From Candidatus Parcubacteria bacterium (GTDB lineage Bacteria > Patescibacteriota > Patescibacteriia > Buchananbacterales > SURF-54): a DNA stretch of 64,000 nt. Numbering within the stretch: position 1 is the stretch's first letter; every line of letters starts with the position of its first letter. Location: NCBI GenBank assembly GCA_003599635.1, contig QZIX01000009.1, positions 407-64,406 on the forward strand. Direction: 5' to 3'. The notes under the pieces are model-generated. The model ran no database searches and had not been told where the DNA came from. It saw only the letters and a program-made list of their open reading frames with translations. Both the position numbers and the translations under genes were made by a program. Of this stretch, positions 7,062-16,228 are shown piece after piece.

Positions 7062-8864
7062 ATGATTAATAAAATCCGAAACATTGCCATCATAGCCCAT
7101 GTCGATCACGGCAAAACCAGCCTGACCGATGGTTTGATGCGCCAGACCGGTGCCGTGGAAGAAGGTTTTACCATGGATACAAACGCTTTGGAACTTGAAC
7201 GCGGCATAACCATTTATTCAAAAAATGCTTCCATATTTTATAAAGACACAAAGATAAATATCGTAGACACTCCGGGCCATGCTGATTTCGGGTCGGAAGT
7301 GGAACGCGTGCTGCGCGCAATTGACAGCGTAATTCTGGTCGTTGATGCCCAGGAAGGCCCGATGCCTCAGACCAAGTTCGTCTTGAAAAAATCTCTGGAA
7401 TTAGGTTTACGGCCGATTGTCGTTATCAATAAAATCGACAAGCCTGCGGCACGTCCGGAATGGGTGCATGAAAAAATACTGGAGCTCTTTTTTGATCTGG
7501 GAGCCAATGAAGAACAGTTAAACTTTACCACGCTTTATGCCGTTGCCAAACAAGGGATTGCCAAATACAAACCCAGTGACAATAATTCGGATTTGACGCC
7601 GCTTTTGGATACGATTTTGGAAAAAGTCAAAGAAGCCGCTTCGGGCGAACTTATGATTAAAAAAGCCAGATTTCAGCCGTTTAATTTGGGCTATGATAAT
7701 TATATGGGCCGGCTGGCCGTTGGCAGAATTTATGAAGGCAATTTAAAGGCAGGCCAAAACGTATTTGTAAAAAATGAAGCCGGACAAATCCGCCAGGGCA
7801 AAATTTTAAAAATTTTCACCTTTAGCGGTTTAAAAAGGCAGGAGACAGAAGAAGCTTTTGCGGGCGACATTGTGATACTTGCCGGGCTTTCTGGCATTAA
7901 TATCGGCGAAACCGTCTGCGAGGATAAGGAACAAATGCCTTTGCCGGCGATAAAAATCGACGAGCCGACGATATCGTTGAATTTTTTGGTCAATAATTCT
8001 CCTTTTGCGGGAAAAGAAGGCCGTTTCGTTACCAGCCGGCAGATTAAGGAACGGCTGGAGAAAGAACTGGAAATTAACGTCGGTTTAAAAATTGATTTTT
8101 CTTCAACTGAGTATTATAAAGTTTTCGGTCGTGGCGAACTGCACATCGCGATTTTGCTGGAAAACATGCGCCGCGAAGGTTACGAGCTTCAGGTTTCCCA
8201 GCCGCAGGTGATTATTAAGGAAGAAAACGGAGCCAAGCTGGAACCGTTTGAAGAATTGACAATTGATGTTCCCAAGGAAATGTCGGGTTTGGTAATCGAA
8301 AAAATTTCGCAGCGAAAAGGAATTTTAAAAAATATGGAAAACGAAAAAAATCTGTGCCGTCTGATTTTTGAAGCGCCGACACGCGGTATTTTGGGCTACC
8401 GCAGCCAGTTTATAATTGACACGCGGGGCGAAGGCATATTGTGTTCGCAGGTCGTCGGGTTTAAACCTTACGCCGGTGAAATCAGCCGGCAGAGATTCGG
8501 TTCCATGATATCCATGGCAACCGGAAAAGCGCTCGGGTTTTCATTATACAATTTGCAGGAAAGGGGAATACTTTATATCGGTCCCGCCGTCGATGTTTAC
8601 GAAGGACAAGTGATAGGCAACACAGCCAAGGGTGACGACATGTCCGTGAACCCGACCAGAGGAAAACATCTGACCAATATGCGCTCCAAATCCAGCGACG
8701 AAGCAATAATTTTGACTCCGCCACTTGAACTGACCTTGGAAAACGGGCTGGAAATAATGGCCGACGATGAATTTCTTGAAATTACGCCGCAAAACATCCG
8801 TTTAAGAAAACAGTTGTTAAAGGAAATTGACAGGGTCAGGGCGTACAGAACAGCAGTTGAATAA
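7062..8864 (+). CDS. typA: translational GTPase TypA/BipA
   Basis: AHVDHGKT (G1), DTPGH (G3), NKID (G4), and a length and domain order typical of BipA. Confidence 0.95.
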   Translation: MINKIRNIAIIAHVDHGKTSLTDGLMRQTGAVEEGFTMDTNALELERGITIYSKNASIFYKDTKINIVDTPGHADFGSEVERVLRAIDSVILVVDAQEGPMPQTKFVLKKSLELGLRPIVVINKIDKPAARPEWVHEKILELFFDLGANEEQLNFTTLYAVAKQGIAKYKPSDNNSDLTPLLDTILEKVKEAASGELMIKKARFQPFNLGYDNYMGRLAVGRIYEGNLKAGQNVFVKNEAGQIRQGKILKIFTFSGLKRQETEEAFAGDIVILAGLSGINIGETVCEDKEQMPLPAIKIDEPTISLNFLVNNSPFAGKEGRFVTSRQIKERLEKELEINVGLKIDFSSTEYYKVFGRGELHIAILLENMRREGYELQVSQPQVIIKEENGAKLEPFEELTIDVPKEMSGLVIEKISQRKGILKNMENEKNLCRLIFEAPTRGILGYRSQFIIDTRGEGILCSQVVGFKPYAGEISRQRFGSMISMATGKALGFSLYNLQERGILYIGPAVDVYEGQVIGNTAKGDDMSVNPTRGKHLTNMRSKSSDEAIILTPPLELTLENGLEIMADDEFLEITPQNIRLRKQLLKEIDRVRAYRTAVE

Positions 8865-8882
8865 ATTATTTTCAAAATAGTC

Positions 8883-8905
8883 AAAGCCCCTTTCGGGGCT
8901 TTTTG
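8883..8905 (+). terminator. rho-independent terminator
   Basis: aaagcccc, loop tttc, ggggcttt, followed by a T run, 19 nt after the typA stop. Confidence 0.85.
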
Positions 8906-8964
8906 TAATGTAAATTAGCTAATTTTAACGTCAATATATTTTGGATAATAATTAAATTAAAAAT

Positions 8965-9171
8965 ATGGAAAAAATTAATGTAATTGACTGGGTTGCCATA
9001 GTCCTGGTTATAATAGGCGGGATTAACTGGGGATTAATCGGCCTTTTCGAATTTAATTTAGTCGACGCCGTTTTCGGCGATTTAACCTGGCTTAGCCGGA
9101 TCATTTACATTCTGGTCGGCATTTCGGCTTTGTACCTTATTTACACATCCACTAAATTAAGCAGAAGGTAA
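8965..9171 (+). CDS. DUF378 family small membrane protein
   Basis: IGGINWGLIGLFEFNLVDAVFG plus two TM helices in 68 aa is typical of DUF378. Confidence 0.8.
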   Translation: MEKINVIDWVAIVLVIIGGINWGLIGLFEFNLVDAVFGDLTWLSRIIYILVGISALYLIYTSTKLSRR

Positions 9172-9220
9172 TTAATTTTTAATGAAAAATTTCGTCAGGG
9201 TTATCTGGGAGGTGATAATT

Positions 9221-9598
9221 ATGGAAAAGAACAGACGGTTTAAATTAATTGCCCTGATTTTGGCATTCTCTATCGGATTGCTTGCCAACAGCGCGGTTTT
9301 GGCGCAAAATGACGACGTTACAAATAAAGAACAATATCTGATAATCTCCGGAAGGATGTATGATATTTGGGAGGAAAACGATATCAACCCAGGCACGGCC
9401 TTGGGCGGTGAAGAGTTGTCAAAAAGCGAATTTTTGGAAATGCAGGGAGAAATATACGATGTTTTGAAAAAATACGGGATAGAACCGCTGGAGTTAATTA
9501 TGAATAAGTGCCTGGGGCGGGGGTGGCATATGGGTGGTATGATGGGTGGCGGCTGGAATTGGAAGATGATGGGTAATAATTCAACCAGTACTGATTGA
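9221..9598 (+). CDS. secreted hypothetical protein with Gly/Met/Trp-rich tail
   Basis: ATG 9221 is preceded by GGAGGTG. The signal peptide is FKLIALILAFSIGLLANSAVLAQ, and the C-terminus is GRGWHMGGMMGGGWNWKMMG. The track start at 9182 is judged less likely. Confidence 0.5.
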   Translation: MEKNRRFKLIALILAFSIGLLANSAVLAQNDDVTNKEQYLIISGRMYDIWEENDINPGTALGGEELSKSEFLEMQGEIYDVLKKYGIEPLELIMNKCLGRGWHMGGMMGGGWNWKMMGNNSTSTD

Positions 9599-9615
9599 TA
9601 GCTTTATCAATAAAA

Positions 9616-9648
9616 TAAGACACTCCTTGGCGGCAGTGTCTTATTTAA
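9616..9648 (+). terminator. rho-independent terminator candidate
   Basis: taagacact (9616-9624) pairs with agtgtctta (9635-9643), followed by an AT/T-rich tail. Confidence 0.55.
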
Positions 9649-9737
9649 TAATCAAGTAAAATTACTTTTTTTATCCATTAAGCTTTTATAGTATAAAGAC
9701 GTCATATATAAGTATAAAGAAAGGGGGTGGATTAAAT

Positions 9738-10319
9738 ATGAGACTGGCAAGATATAGTGTTAAAGTTTTAAGTTTGGACAATAAAATTTTGGTTTTAGCG
9801 GCGGCGCTTCTGGGAATGTTAGGTATTTTATCAATGCCATTGATTGCTTATGGCGAAACTTGCCCCAGGGACATTACCGTGCCGCCGACTGAAAATCAGG
9901 TAAGCGGAACTGAGATTGTTCTTGAAAGCAGCGGTGATTCCCGGTTGACAGGGTCCGCCACAGCCAATGTTACGATTGACCAGAATGGGCTCTATGATGT
10001 TGCCCTGACAGTCAATGTAAAAAATCTTCCTGATTCGGTGATGCAGGGTAATGATATCGCCGAAGCCTGGCTTATCGACGACAGCACGGGTTATGCCCAT
10101 AACCTGGGGGCTTTTGAAGTCAGCGAGGACAATAACGGAACCATGACAATAAAGCACAAGATGTCAAATTTTGCCCTGTTTGACAAAATAATCGTTTCAA
10201 TCGGCGCCAAACCAGCAACGGAAGACACCACACCGTCGCCTTCAAAAATCATATTGACCGGCGACCTTTCGCCGTTGAAGGAAGGAATGATAAACAGAAA
10301 TCAGGCAACAACTGCTTAA
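9738..10319 (+). CDS. secreted/membrane-anchored hypothetical protein
   Basis: AAGGGGGTGG Shine-Dalgarno and an N-terminal hydrophobic signal/anchor (ILVLAAALLGMLGILSMPLIAYG). I recognise no catalytic motif. Confidence 0.5.
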   Translation: MRLARYSVKVLSLDNKILVLAAALLGMLGILSMPLIAYGETCPRDITVPPTENQVSGTEIVLESSGDSRLTGSATANVTIDQNGLYDVALTVNVKNLPDSVMQGNDIAEAWLIDDSTGYAHNLGAFEVSEDNNGTMTIKHKMSNFALFDKIIVSIGAKPATEDTTPSPSKIILTGDLSPLKEGMINRNQATTA

Positions 10320-10336
10320 AATGCAAATAATATTCT

Positions 10337-10374
10337 AAAAACAGGCCCTGATATTATAAGGCCTGTTTTTATTT
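10337..10374 (+). terminator. rho-independent terminator
   Basis: aaaaacaggcc (10337-10347) pairs with ggcctgttttt (10360-10370), followed by a T-rich tail. Confidence 0.8.
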
Positions 10375-10399
10375 GGCTGAATTTGTTAAAATTAACAGT

Positions 10400-11662
10400 A
10401 TGACCCAGACTGAAAAATTTATGGATTCCGATGACGATTTAATTTCAAGCGCAGGTCTTGACAAGAAAAATGTCAAATGGACTTTATTTACGCGTGCGCT
10501 GATGCCATGGCTTGCAGTATCGTCTATTTTTATTTTGAATTATTTTTATTTGGTGCCGATTTACAAAGAAATTTATCTGGTACTTTTTTTATACCTGGCA
10601 TTGGTTTACACGGCAAATTTTTTTATTTATCGGGCCAAAGATCAGAGAACCGTAAATGACATTTATTTTTTTTCAACCGCAATCGTCTTTTTTCTGTTTA
10701 TAATCATCATCCATTATTTGGGCGGTGTGGAATGGATCGGCTTTGTTTTTTATTTTTCCGCCATTGTCGCCACTGGTTTGATTTTTACCCCCAAAAGAGG
10801 AATTTTCCTGACAGCCACGGCCTGCGTTTTGTATTTGGGTTTGGTAATCGCCGAATATGGCGGCATAATCCCTCATAAAAAGCCGCTTTTTTTTGAGCTT
10901 AAGCCGGGGCTTTACGGAGATTTTTGGTATGTATTGGTAACGGGTATTATAATGCCCTTAATAACTTTTGTTTCCGTTGGTTACATCACATCTAAATTTT
11001 CCTTGCTGTTAAAAAAAGAAAAGGAAAAAAGTCAGCACTTGTACCGGTTAACTAAAGCCAGCGGCGATATTATAATAAACAACATGGCTGACGGTTTATT
11101 AGTCCTGGACCATAATAACCAGGTAATCAGGGCAAATTCTTCGGCTAAGACTTACCTTAATCTTCTTGATGATTATGAGGGCAAATCACTCAGCCAGATA
11201 AGCAAAATGCCGATCAACTGGAATATGGAGGAAAATATTAAAACCGTCACTGCCGGAAATATTTCCCGGTATCGGATTGCTGTAGGAGATCCTCCTCAAA
11301 GAATACTGGAATCCCAGATAACCTATGTAAAAAAGGACGACAATTCCGTGAATACCATTATGATTTTAAGGGATGTTTCACCGCCGTGGGGAGTTGTTTA
11401 TGATTCAAAAACCAAACTTCCCGTTCCTTTGGCAGTCGTAAGGATGTTCAATGCCTCAACTGACAAACTTTTAGAATCAAAGGTAACTGACCAGGCCGGA
11501 AGATTTAATTTCCTTCCCGGTCCGGGTAACTATTATTTAACGGTGACTAAAGACAATTACGCTTTTCCGTCCGCCGACAGAAATTTTTATCAGGGAGAAG
11601 ATTTTCAGATTATGGAAAAAGGAATCATGGTTAATTTTAAAATTTTAATTGATCCTAAATAA
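10400..11662 (+). CDS. membrane sensor-like protein: multi-TM region + PAS-like + carboxypeptidase-regulatory-like domain, no kinase domain
   Basis: It has about six TM segments. A PAS-like stretch follows (MADGLLVLDHNNQVIRANSSAKTYL). The C-terminus GVVYDSKTKLPVPLAVVRMF...TDQAGRFNFLPGPGNYYLTVTKDNYAF is CarboxypepD_reg-like. No H-box or ATPase motifs are present. I prefer ATG 10400 over TTG 10373, which overlaps the upstream terminator. Confidence 0.6.
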   Translation: MTQTEKFMDSDDDLISSAGLDKKNVKWTLFTRALMPWLAVSSIFILNYFYLVPIYKEIYLVLFLYLALVYTANFFIYRAKDQRTVNDIYFFSTAIVFFLFIIIIHYLGGVEWIGFVFYFSAIVATGLIFTPKRGIFLTATACVLYLGLVIAEYGGIIPHKKPLFFELKPGLYGDFWYVLVTGIIMPLITFVSVGYITSKFSLLLKKEKEKSQHLYRLTKASGDIIINNMADGLLVLDHNNQVIRANSSAKTYLNLLDDYEGKSLSQISKMPINWNMEENIKTVTAGNISRYRIAVGDPPQRILESQITYVKKDDNSVNTIMILRDVSPPWGVVYDSKTKLPVPLAVVRMFNASTDKLLESKVTDQAGRFNFLPGPGNYYLTVTKDNYAFPSADRNFYQGEDFQIMEKGIMVNFKILIDPK

Positions 11663-12031
11663 ATGACCAAAAAAATCTTATTGATTGAAGACAATAACGA
11701 TTGGCGCAACATTTTTAAAAGTAAACTGGCTGAAAACGGGCATTCGGTTCTAACCGCGGAAGACGGCCAATCGGGGCTCAAACTGGCCGAAAAGGAAAAA
11801 CCCGACCTTTTAATCCTCGATTTGATGATGCCAATTTTAGACGGCAAGAGTTTTTTGAACGCAATAAAAAAAATAAAAACTTTAAGAAATATTCCGGTTA
11901 TAATCGTTTCAAATATTGCCGATCCGGAAATAAAAATCGGATCAGAAGGTGTGAACGATTATCTTATAAAAACCAATACATCACCGGAGCAGCTTTTAAA
12001 AAGCGTCAACAGGGCGCTAGAAAAAACATGA
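11663..12031 (+). CDS. single-domain response regulator (CheY-like receiver)
   Basis: ILLIEDN, the DLLILDLMMPILDG acceptor-Asp region, and a conserved Lys (YLIK). The ATG directly abuts the previous stop (taaatg). Confidence 0.85.
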   Translation: MTKKILLIEDNNDWRNIFKSKLAENGHSVLTAEDGQSGLKLAEKEKPDLLILDLMMPILDGKSFLNAIKKIKTLRNIPVIIVSNIADPEIKIGSEGVNDYLIKTNTSPEQLLKSVNRALEKT

Positions 12032-12399
12032 AACTTATTTTTTCCGGCCGGCCGGTTTCCGGTTCCCAAAGAGGCGGCAGGTTAATCGGATTTCCCACGA
12101 TTAATCTTGAACTGAAAGAAATCCCGGAACAGAAATGGGGCGTATATTTTTCCTATATCTATTTTGAATCCAAAAAATTGCCGGCTATAAGCCACCTGGG
12201 CCCGATCCTGACTTTTGACGAAAAAAAAATTAAATGTGAGACTCATATTATAAGCTGGCGCAGCGATATCAGCCCGGAAATGGTAAAAGTCAAACTTTTT
12301 AAAAAAATAAGGGATATAAAAAAATTCAGCTCATCTGCGGAACTGGCTGATCAGATCAAAGAAGATATTGACCGGGCGAGAAAATATTTTAAAATTTAG
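12028..12399 (+). CDS. monofunctional riboflavin kinase (RibF C-terminal-domain type)
   Basis: GSQRGGRLIGFPTINL and the downstream ...HLGP....F......E.HI motifs match the riboflavin kinase fold. There is no FAD synthetase domain. It overlaps the RR gene through ATGA. Confidence 0.75.
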   Translation: MKLIFSGRPVSGSQRGGRLIGFPTINLELKEIPEQKWGVYFSYIYFESKKLPAISHLGPILTFDEKKIKCETHIISWRSDISPEMVKVKLFKKIRDIKKFSSSAELADQIKEDIDRARKYFKI

Positions 12400-12408
12400 T
12401 TTAAGATC

Positions 12409-12436
12409 TGGACAAATTTTCCGGAACTGGTATACT
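12409..12436 (+). promoter_or_regulatory. promoter candidate with extended -10
   Basis: TGGACA at 12409-12414, a 16-nt spacer, then TGgTATACT ending at 12436. Confidence 0.35.
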
Positions 12437-12467
12437 GAATTTAAACAATTAAAATTGTCGCATTAAG

Positions 12468-12499
12468 CGATTCGCCTTTACGGGAATCGTTTTATTTTT
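12468..12499 (+). terminator. rho-independent terminator ending 16 nt before the permease ATG
   Basis: The stem is cgattc(g)cc / gg gaatcg around loop tttac, followed by ttttattttt (12490-12499). Confidence 0.65.
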
Positions 12500-12514
12500 A
12501 AACAAAATACTCTT

Positions 12515-13417
12515 ATGGCAAAAAAATTGGGACCCCTTTTTATAATTTTCGCCGCCTTTTTGTGGGCGCTTGACGGCATTGTTTTGACGCCGAAGTTATA
12601 CGGTTTGCCCGTGCCGCTGGTGGTTTTTATTGAACATTTACTGGCTTTTTTATTAATGCTGCCGTTTTTTATTTCTGAATGGCGTGAATTGAAAAAGATG
12701 AGGCGCGGCGACTGGCAGGCGATTTTATGGGTGGCGGTTTTCGGCGGCGCCTTGGGTACTATGTTTATTACCAAGGCATTGTTTTATGTCAATTTTGTAA
12801 ATTTGTCAATCGTTATTCTTATCCAGAAATTGCAGCCTCTTTTTGCCCTGGCGCTGGCTGTAATAATTTTAAAGGAACGGCCGCCGAAGAAATTTTTTGT
12901 CTGGGCGGCGGCGGCCATTATAGGTGTTTATTTGGCGACTTTCGGCTTGCAGCTTCCGAATCTCGACACGGGGGACAAGACAGCTGCAGCCGCTTTATTC
13001 GCTTTGGGAGCGGCCTTTGCTTTCGGTTCTTCAACTGTTTTTTCCAAAAAAGCTTTGGCCAATATCAGCTTTAGAACCGGCACTTACCTTCGTTTTGGTT
13101 TAACCGCGCTGTTAATGCTGTTTATCGCCGGGGCGGAAAAAAATTTTTCCGTCATTAATCAGATTACCGGTTCGCAGTTCATTGTTTTTTTGATAATTGC
13201 CCTTACCACAGGCGGCACCGCTATTTTTTTATACTACTATGGTTTAAAATGGGTGTCAGCTTCTGTTTCCACAATTTGCGAACTGGCGTTTCCGCTTTCG
13301 GCAATTGTTCTTGAATATCTTATCCGCGGCAATGCTTTAAATTACATTCAATGGGCAGGTGCCGTGATTTTGCTTTATGCGATCTATAAAGTTTCGCTGA
13401 TAAAAAATTACAACTGA
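12515..13417 (+). CDS. DMT superfamily (EamA-type) permease
   Basis: Ten predicted TM helices arranged as two EamA-like halves in 300 aa. Confidence 0.85.
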   Translation: MAKKLGPLFIIFAAFLWALDGIVLTPKLYGLPVPLVVFIEHLLAFLLMLPFFISEWRELKKMRRGDWQAILWVAVFGGALGTMFITKALFYVNFVNLSIVILIQKLQPLFALALAVIILKERPPKKFFVWAAAAIIGVYLATFGLQLPNLDTGDKTAAAALFALGAAFAFGSSTVFSKKALANISFRTGTYLRFGLTALLMLFIAGAEKNFSVINQITGSQFIVFLIIALTTGGTAIFLYYYGLKWVSASVSTICELAFPLSAIVLEYLIRGNALNYIQWAGAVILLYAIYKVSLIKNYN

Positions 13418-13467
13418 TTTTGATATAAATATAAATATTCTTGCCTAAGCAAGATTGTTTTTTAAAA

Positions 13468-15849
13468 TTAGGTTCCGGAAAAATCATTTCTTGGATCAAT
13501 AATCTTTAAAAAAAATTCATCTTTATCTTCTTTGCTCTTAAATTTCGGCCATTCCTTTAAAGTTTTAGATTTTACCGCTTCTATTAATTCATTTTCTGGA
13601 TTCCAATCATGACTTAATTTGAAACACAAATTTTTGTAATTGTAACATTTTTGATAAAGGTAACGTATTTTTTGTTTTTCAAACCCTGATTGCCGATGTT
13701 TATTCCAGACAAGCCTGGCAAAATTTTCTGTTATCGTGGTTGCCAAATCAATATCTTCATTTTTTAATTTTTTTCCGTCGATTTCCAAACTGTAAAATTT
13801 TAACCCATTAATATTATCTCCTCGATAATTGGTGTGTGTAATGGCGTCAATTGTGAATTTTACATTCTTATAGATGCTGATTATTTTTATAAATTCAAAC
13901 GGGAAATTTTTAATTTCGTCTATGAATTCAACCGGCCTTAAGTTTTTAAATTCTTTGATGACCATTATTGCTTTATCAAATTTTTCATCTTCAATATAAT
14001 AAGGGCCGTAGTTCTCGTAAAGGATCTGGGGATTCATATCCCCATAAAGCGTATAGCTTAAATGATAACAGGCATTAATTAAACGACCGATTTTTTTAGC
14101 AATATTATTATCGGCAGCAAGAGTTTTAACAGTATATTTTTTTATTTCTTCCGGGCTGTGTATTTTGTTTTTAAAATCAAGTGCAAAAGGGTGTGAATGA
14201 CACCATGATTTTAAAGCGTCAAAATAAAATAGGGCAATTTTTTTCTTTTCTTGTAATGTGGCACGGGCAAAACTTGCCATAAAAAGATCAAAGATAACTA
14301 AGTTTCTTAGGGCGCTTGGATTGGGAAAAAGTCTGGCTGTTTCAATCGGCGGTAATTTTAGTTTTTTGGTATCTTCAATCATCCTTAGCAGGCGCTTAAT
14401 CCATAAAGAGGCAATATATGGATCAATAGCAGTATAATCAATGGAAGTTTCAAAAGTGTTTGTATCCATTGTTTTATAAGCACGGCGAAAAGCCTCGAGC
14501 ATTTCATCGCAATCCTTGTTAAATCCATCATCATCCTTTTCAAATAATATTGTTACTGTTCCTTCAGTGCCATTTACAGCAATTTTCATTCCATCTTTAA
14601 GTACAGAGGAAGCGTTTTTTGTTCCCACAACACAAGGAATCCCGAGTTCCCGAGATATTATTGCCGGATGGGAAGTAATGCCGCCGATATCAGTTACTAT
14701 GGCAGCTGCTTTAGACATAATTGAGACCATCGAGGGATCAGTTATTCTGGTTACCAAAACATTATTGGCGTCAAAAGAATCTTTATCCTCGCTGTTTTTA
14801 ATGACTTTAACCAATCCTCTTGCTACACCCTGACTTGCACCGATACCCTTGATTACCGTATCTTCTGCCGGTTTTTCATTTCTAATTATTTCAATTATTT
14901 CATCTAATTTTTTTTGCTGAAGTTCTTCCATACTTAATTTCAGTTTTTGGGAAACTAAAGCCATTAGTTTGCAAAGATGTGAAGATAACAGGTGGCTTTC
15001 GATATATTGGGATTCTTCATTAATCTGAAAACCGAGAGGAATAATAGCCCTGTATGCCAAAAATTTATTTAAATCTTTGCTTGCAATTATTTTTTCCATA
15101 ATCTCATTGTCTTTGTCAAAACAATGGTAAAATTTCGGCGTACAATAAAAAGTTGATGGTTCGATCCCTTGAGCAAACATTATACCCCTTGAATTTTGAC
15201 AGGTTTTTTTAAAATTGTGATTTGATTCAAGCAATTTTTTTATAATTTCAGCCCGCATAAAATTTGCAAGGTATGAATTAGTAGTGTTCTTATCTAAAAA
15301 AGTCAGTAAAAATTGTTTAAAATCATATACCATTTTGTCGAAAACAAAATATATCGTTGATGGGCAAGAATAATGGAGCTGATACGCGTAATAAAGTTTT
15401 TGAAGATTTGAAATCAGTTTATTTTTATTTTCTAAGTCTGTATTAACTTCTTTTATTATGTTGACCATTTTTTTCACGTCAATAAAATGTTGCGCCATTA
15501 CCCGTATATACTCTGAATAATTTTTTAAGTAAAAAGAAATTAGGTATTGGCCGCTTAATTCTTCACGCGTCCATAGCCTGCCTTTATGGTCAAAAACAAC
15601 CAAAATTTCTTCGTGTAATGCTTTGTTTTGCGGCCAGATAATTTCTGCTTCTTGCGCATAACGGGGCATTAAAAAACTTTGATCTAATTTTGACCAGATA
15701 TAAGTTCTTTCCAGATACCATTTTTTATTATCAATAGTGGTAAAATAAATAAAATTGCCGCATGCCGAAGGCTGCCAAAAAGCATTTATCTTTTGGCAAT
15801 CGCACAAATTTATACTATTTAGTTGTTTTTTTAGGGACTCTAAAGTCAT
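13468..15849 (-). CDS. large protein with central PEP-utilising-enzyme mobile (swivel phosphohistidine) domain and unrecognised N- and C-terminal regions
   Basis: GIGASQGVARGLVKVI...VLVTRITDPSMVSIMSKAAAIVTDIGGITSHPAIISRELGIPCVVG matches the swivel domain (TSH phospho-His). The flanking regions of about 330 and 350 aa lack ATP-grasp or PEP-utilizer TIM-barrel motifs that I can see. The gene is very AT-rich. Confidence 0.7.
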   Translation of the reverse strand: MTLESLKKQLNSINLCDCQKINAFWQPSACGNFIYFTTIDNKKWYLERTYIWSKLDQSFLMPRYAQEAEIIWPQNKALHEEILVVFDHKGRLWTREELSGQYLISFYLKNYSEYIRVMAQHFIDVKKMVNIIKEVNTDLENKNKLISNLQKLYYAYQLHYSCPSTIYFVFDKMVYDFKQFLLTFLDKNTTNSYLANFMRAEIIKKLLESNHNFKKTCQNSRGIMFAQGIEPSTFYCTPKFYHCFDKDNEIMEKIIASKDLNKFLAYRAIIPLGFQINEESQYIESHLLSSHLCKLMALVSQKLKLSMEELQQKKLDEIIEIIRNEKPAEDTVIKGIGASQGVARGLVKVIKNSEDKDSFDANNVLVTRITDPSMVSIMSKAAAIVTDIGGITSHPAIISRELGIPCVVGTKNASSVLKDGMKIAVNGTEGTVTILFEKDDDGFNKDCDEMLEAFRRAYKTMDTNTFETSIDYTAIDPYIASLWIKRLLRMIEDTKKLKLPPIETARLFPNPSALRNLVIFDLFMASFARATLQEKKKIALFYFDALKSWCHSHPFALDFKNKIHSPEEIKKYTVKTLAADNNIAKKIGRLINACYHLSYTLYGDMNPQILYENYGPYYIEDEKFDKAIMVIKEFKNLRPVEFIDEIKNFPFEFIKIISIYKNVKFTIDAITHTNYRGDNINGLKFYSLEIDGKKLKNEDIDLATTITENFARLVWNKHRQSGFEKQKIRYLYQKCYNYKNLCFKLSHDWNPENELIEAVKSKTLKEWPKFKSKEDKDEFFLKIIDPRNDFSGT

Positions 15850-16154
15850 ATAATTTGTATTGTTTCTTCAAGGGCATCAACTGTAACCACGTCCCCGTCT
15901 TTTAACAAATTTAGATTTTGTACTTTAACTAAAGAGGGGATATTCAATTCTCTGGCAACAATTGAAGCATGGGAAGTTATACTGCCATGAGAACAAATTA
16001 AAGCGCCTGCACTTTTAGCCGTGAAAATTATCTGCGGTAACCAATTTTCAATTATTACTATGTCTGTATTATTGAAAATTAGTTTTGCTTTATAATTTAT
16101 GATCTTGCCGCGGGCTTTCCCGGGACAGACACATTCTCCTGTAATTTTTTCCAT
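15846..16154 (-). CDS. stand-alone PEP-utilising-enzyme mobile (swivel) domain protein, 102 aa
   Basis: GKARGKII...DIVIIENWLPQIIFTAKSAGALICSHGSITSHASIVARELNIPSLV. The stop overlaps the start of the downstream gene (ATGA on the - strand). Confidence 0.7.
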   Translation of the reverse strand: MEKITGECVCPGKARGKIINYKAKLIFNNTDIVIIENWLPQIIFTAKSAGALICSHGSITSHASIVARELNIPSLVKVQNLNLLKDGDVVTVDALEETIQII

Positions 16155-16180
16155 ATAATAAAATATTTAAGAGTAAGAAT

Positions 16181-16214
16181 GGGCGGATAATATGTTATAT
16201 CCGCCCGTTTTTTT
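16181..16214. terminator. strong hairpin between two minus-strand genes; T-run lies on the + strand side
   Basis: gggcggata (16181-16189) pairs with tatccgccc (16198-16206) around an 8-nt loop. ttttttt follows at 16208-16214 on the + strand. The - strand tail is only moderately U-rich. Confidence 0.5.
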
Positions 16215-16228
16215 GTTATTTCATCGGC

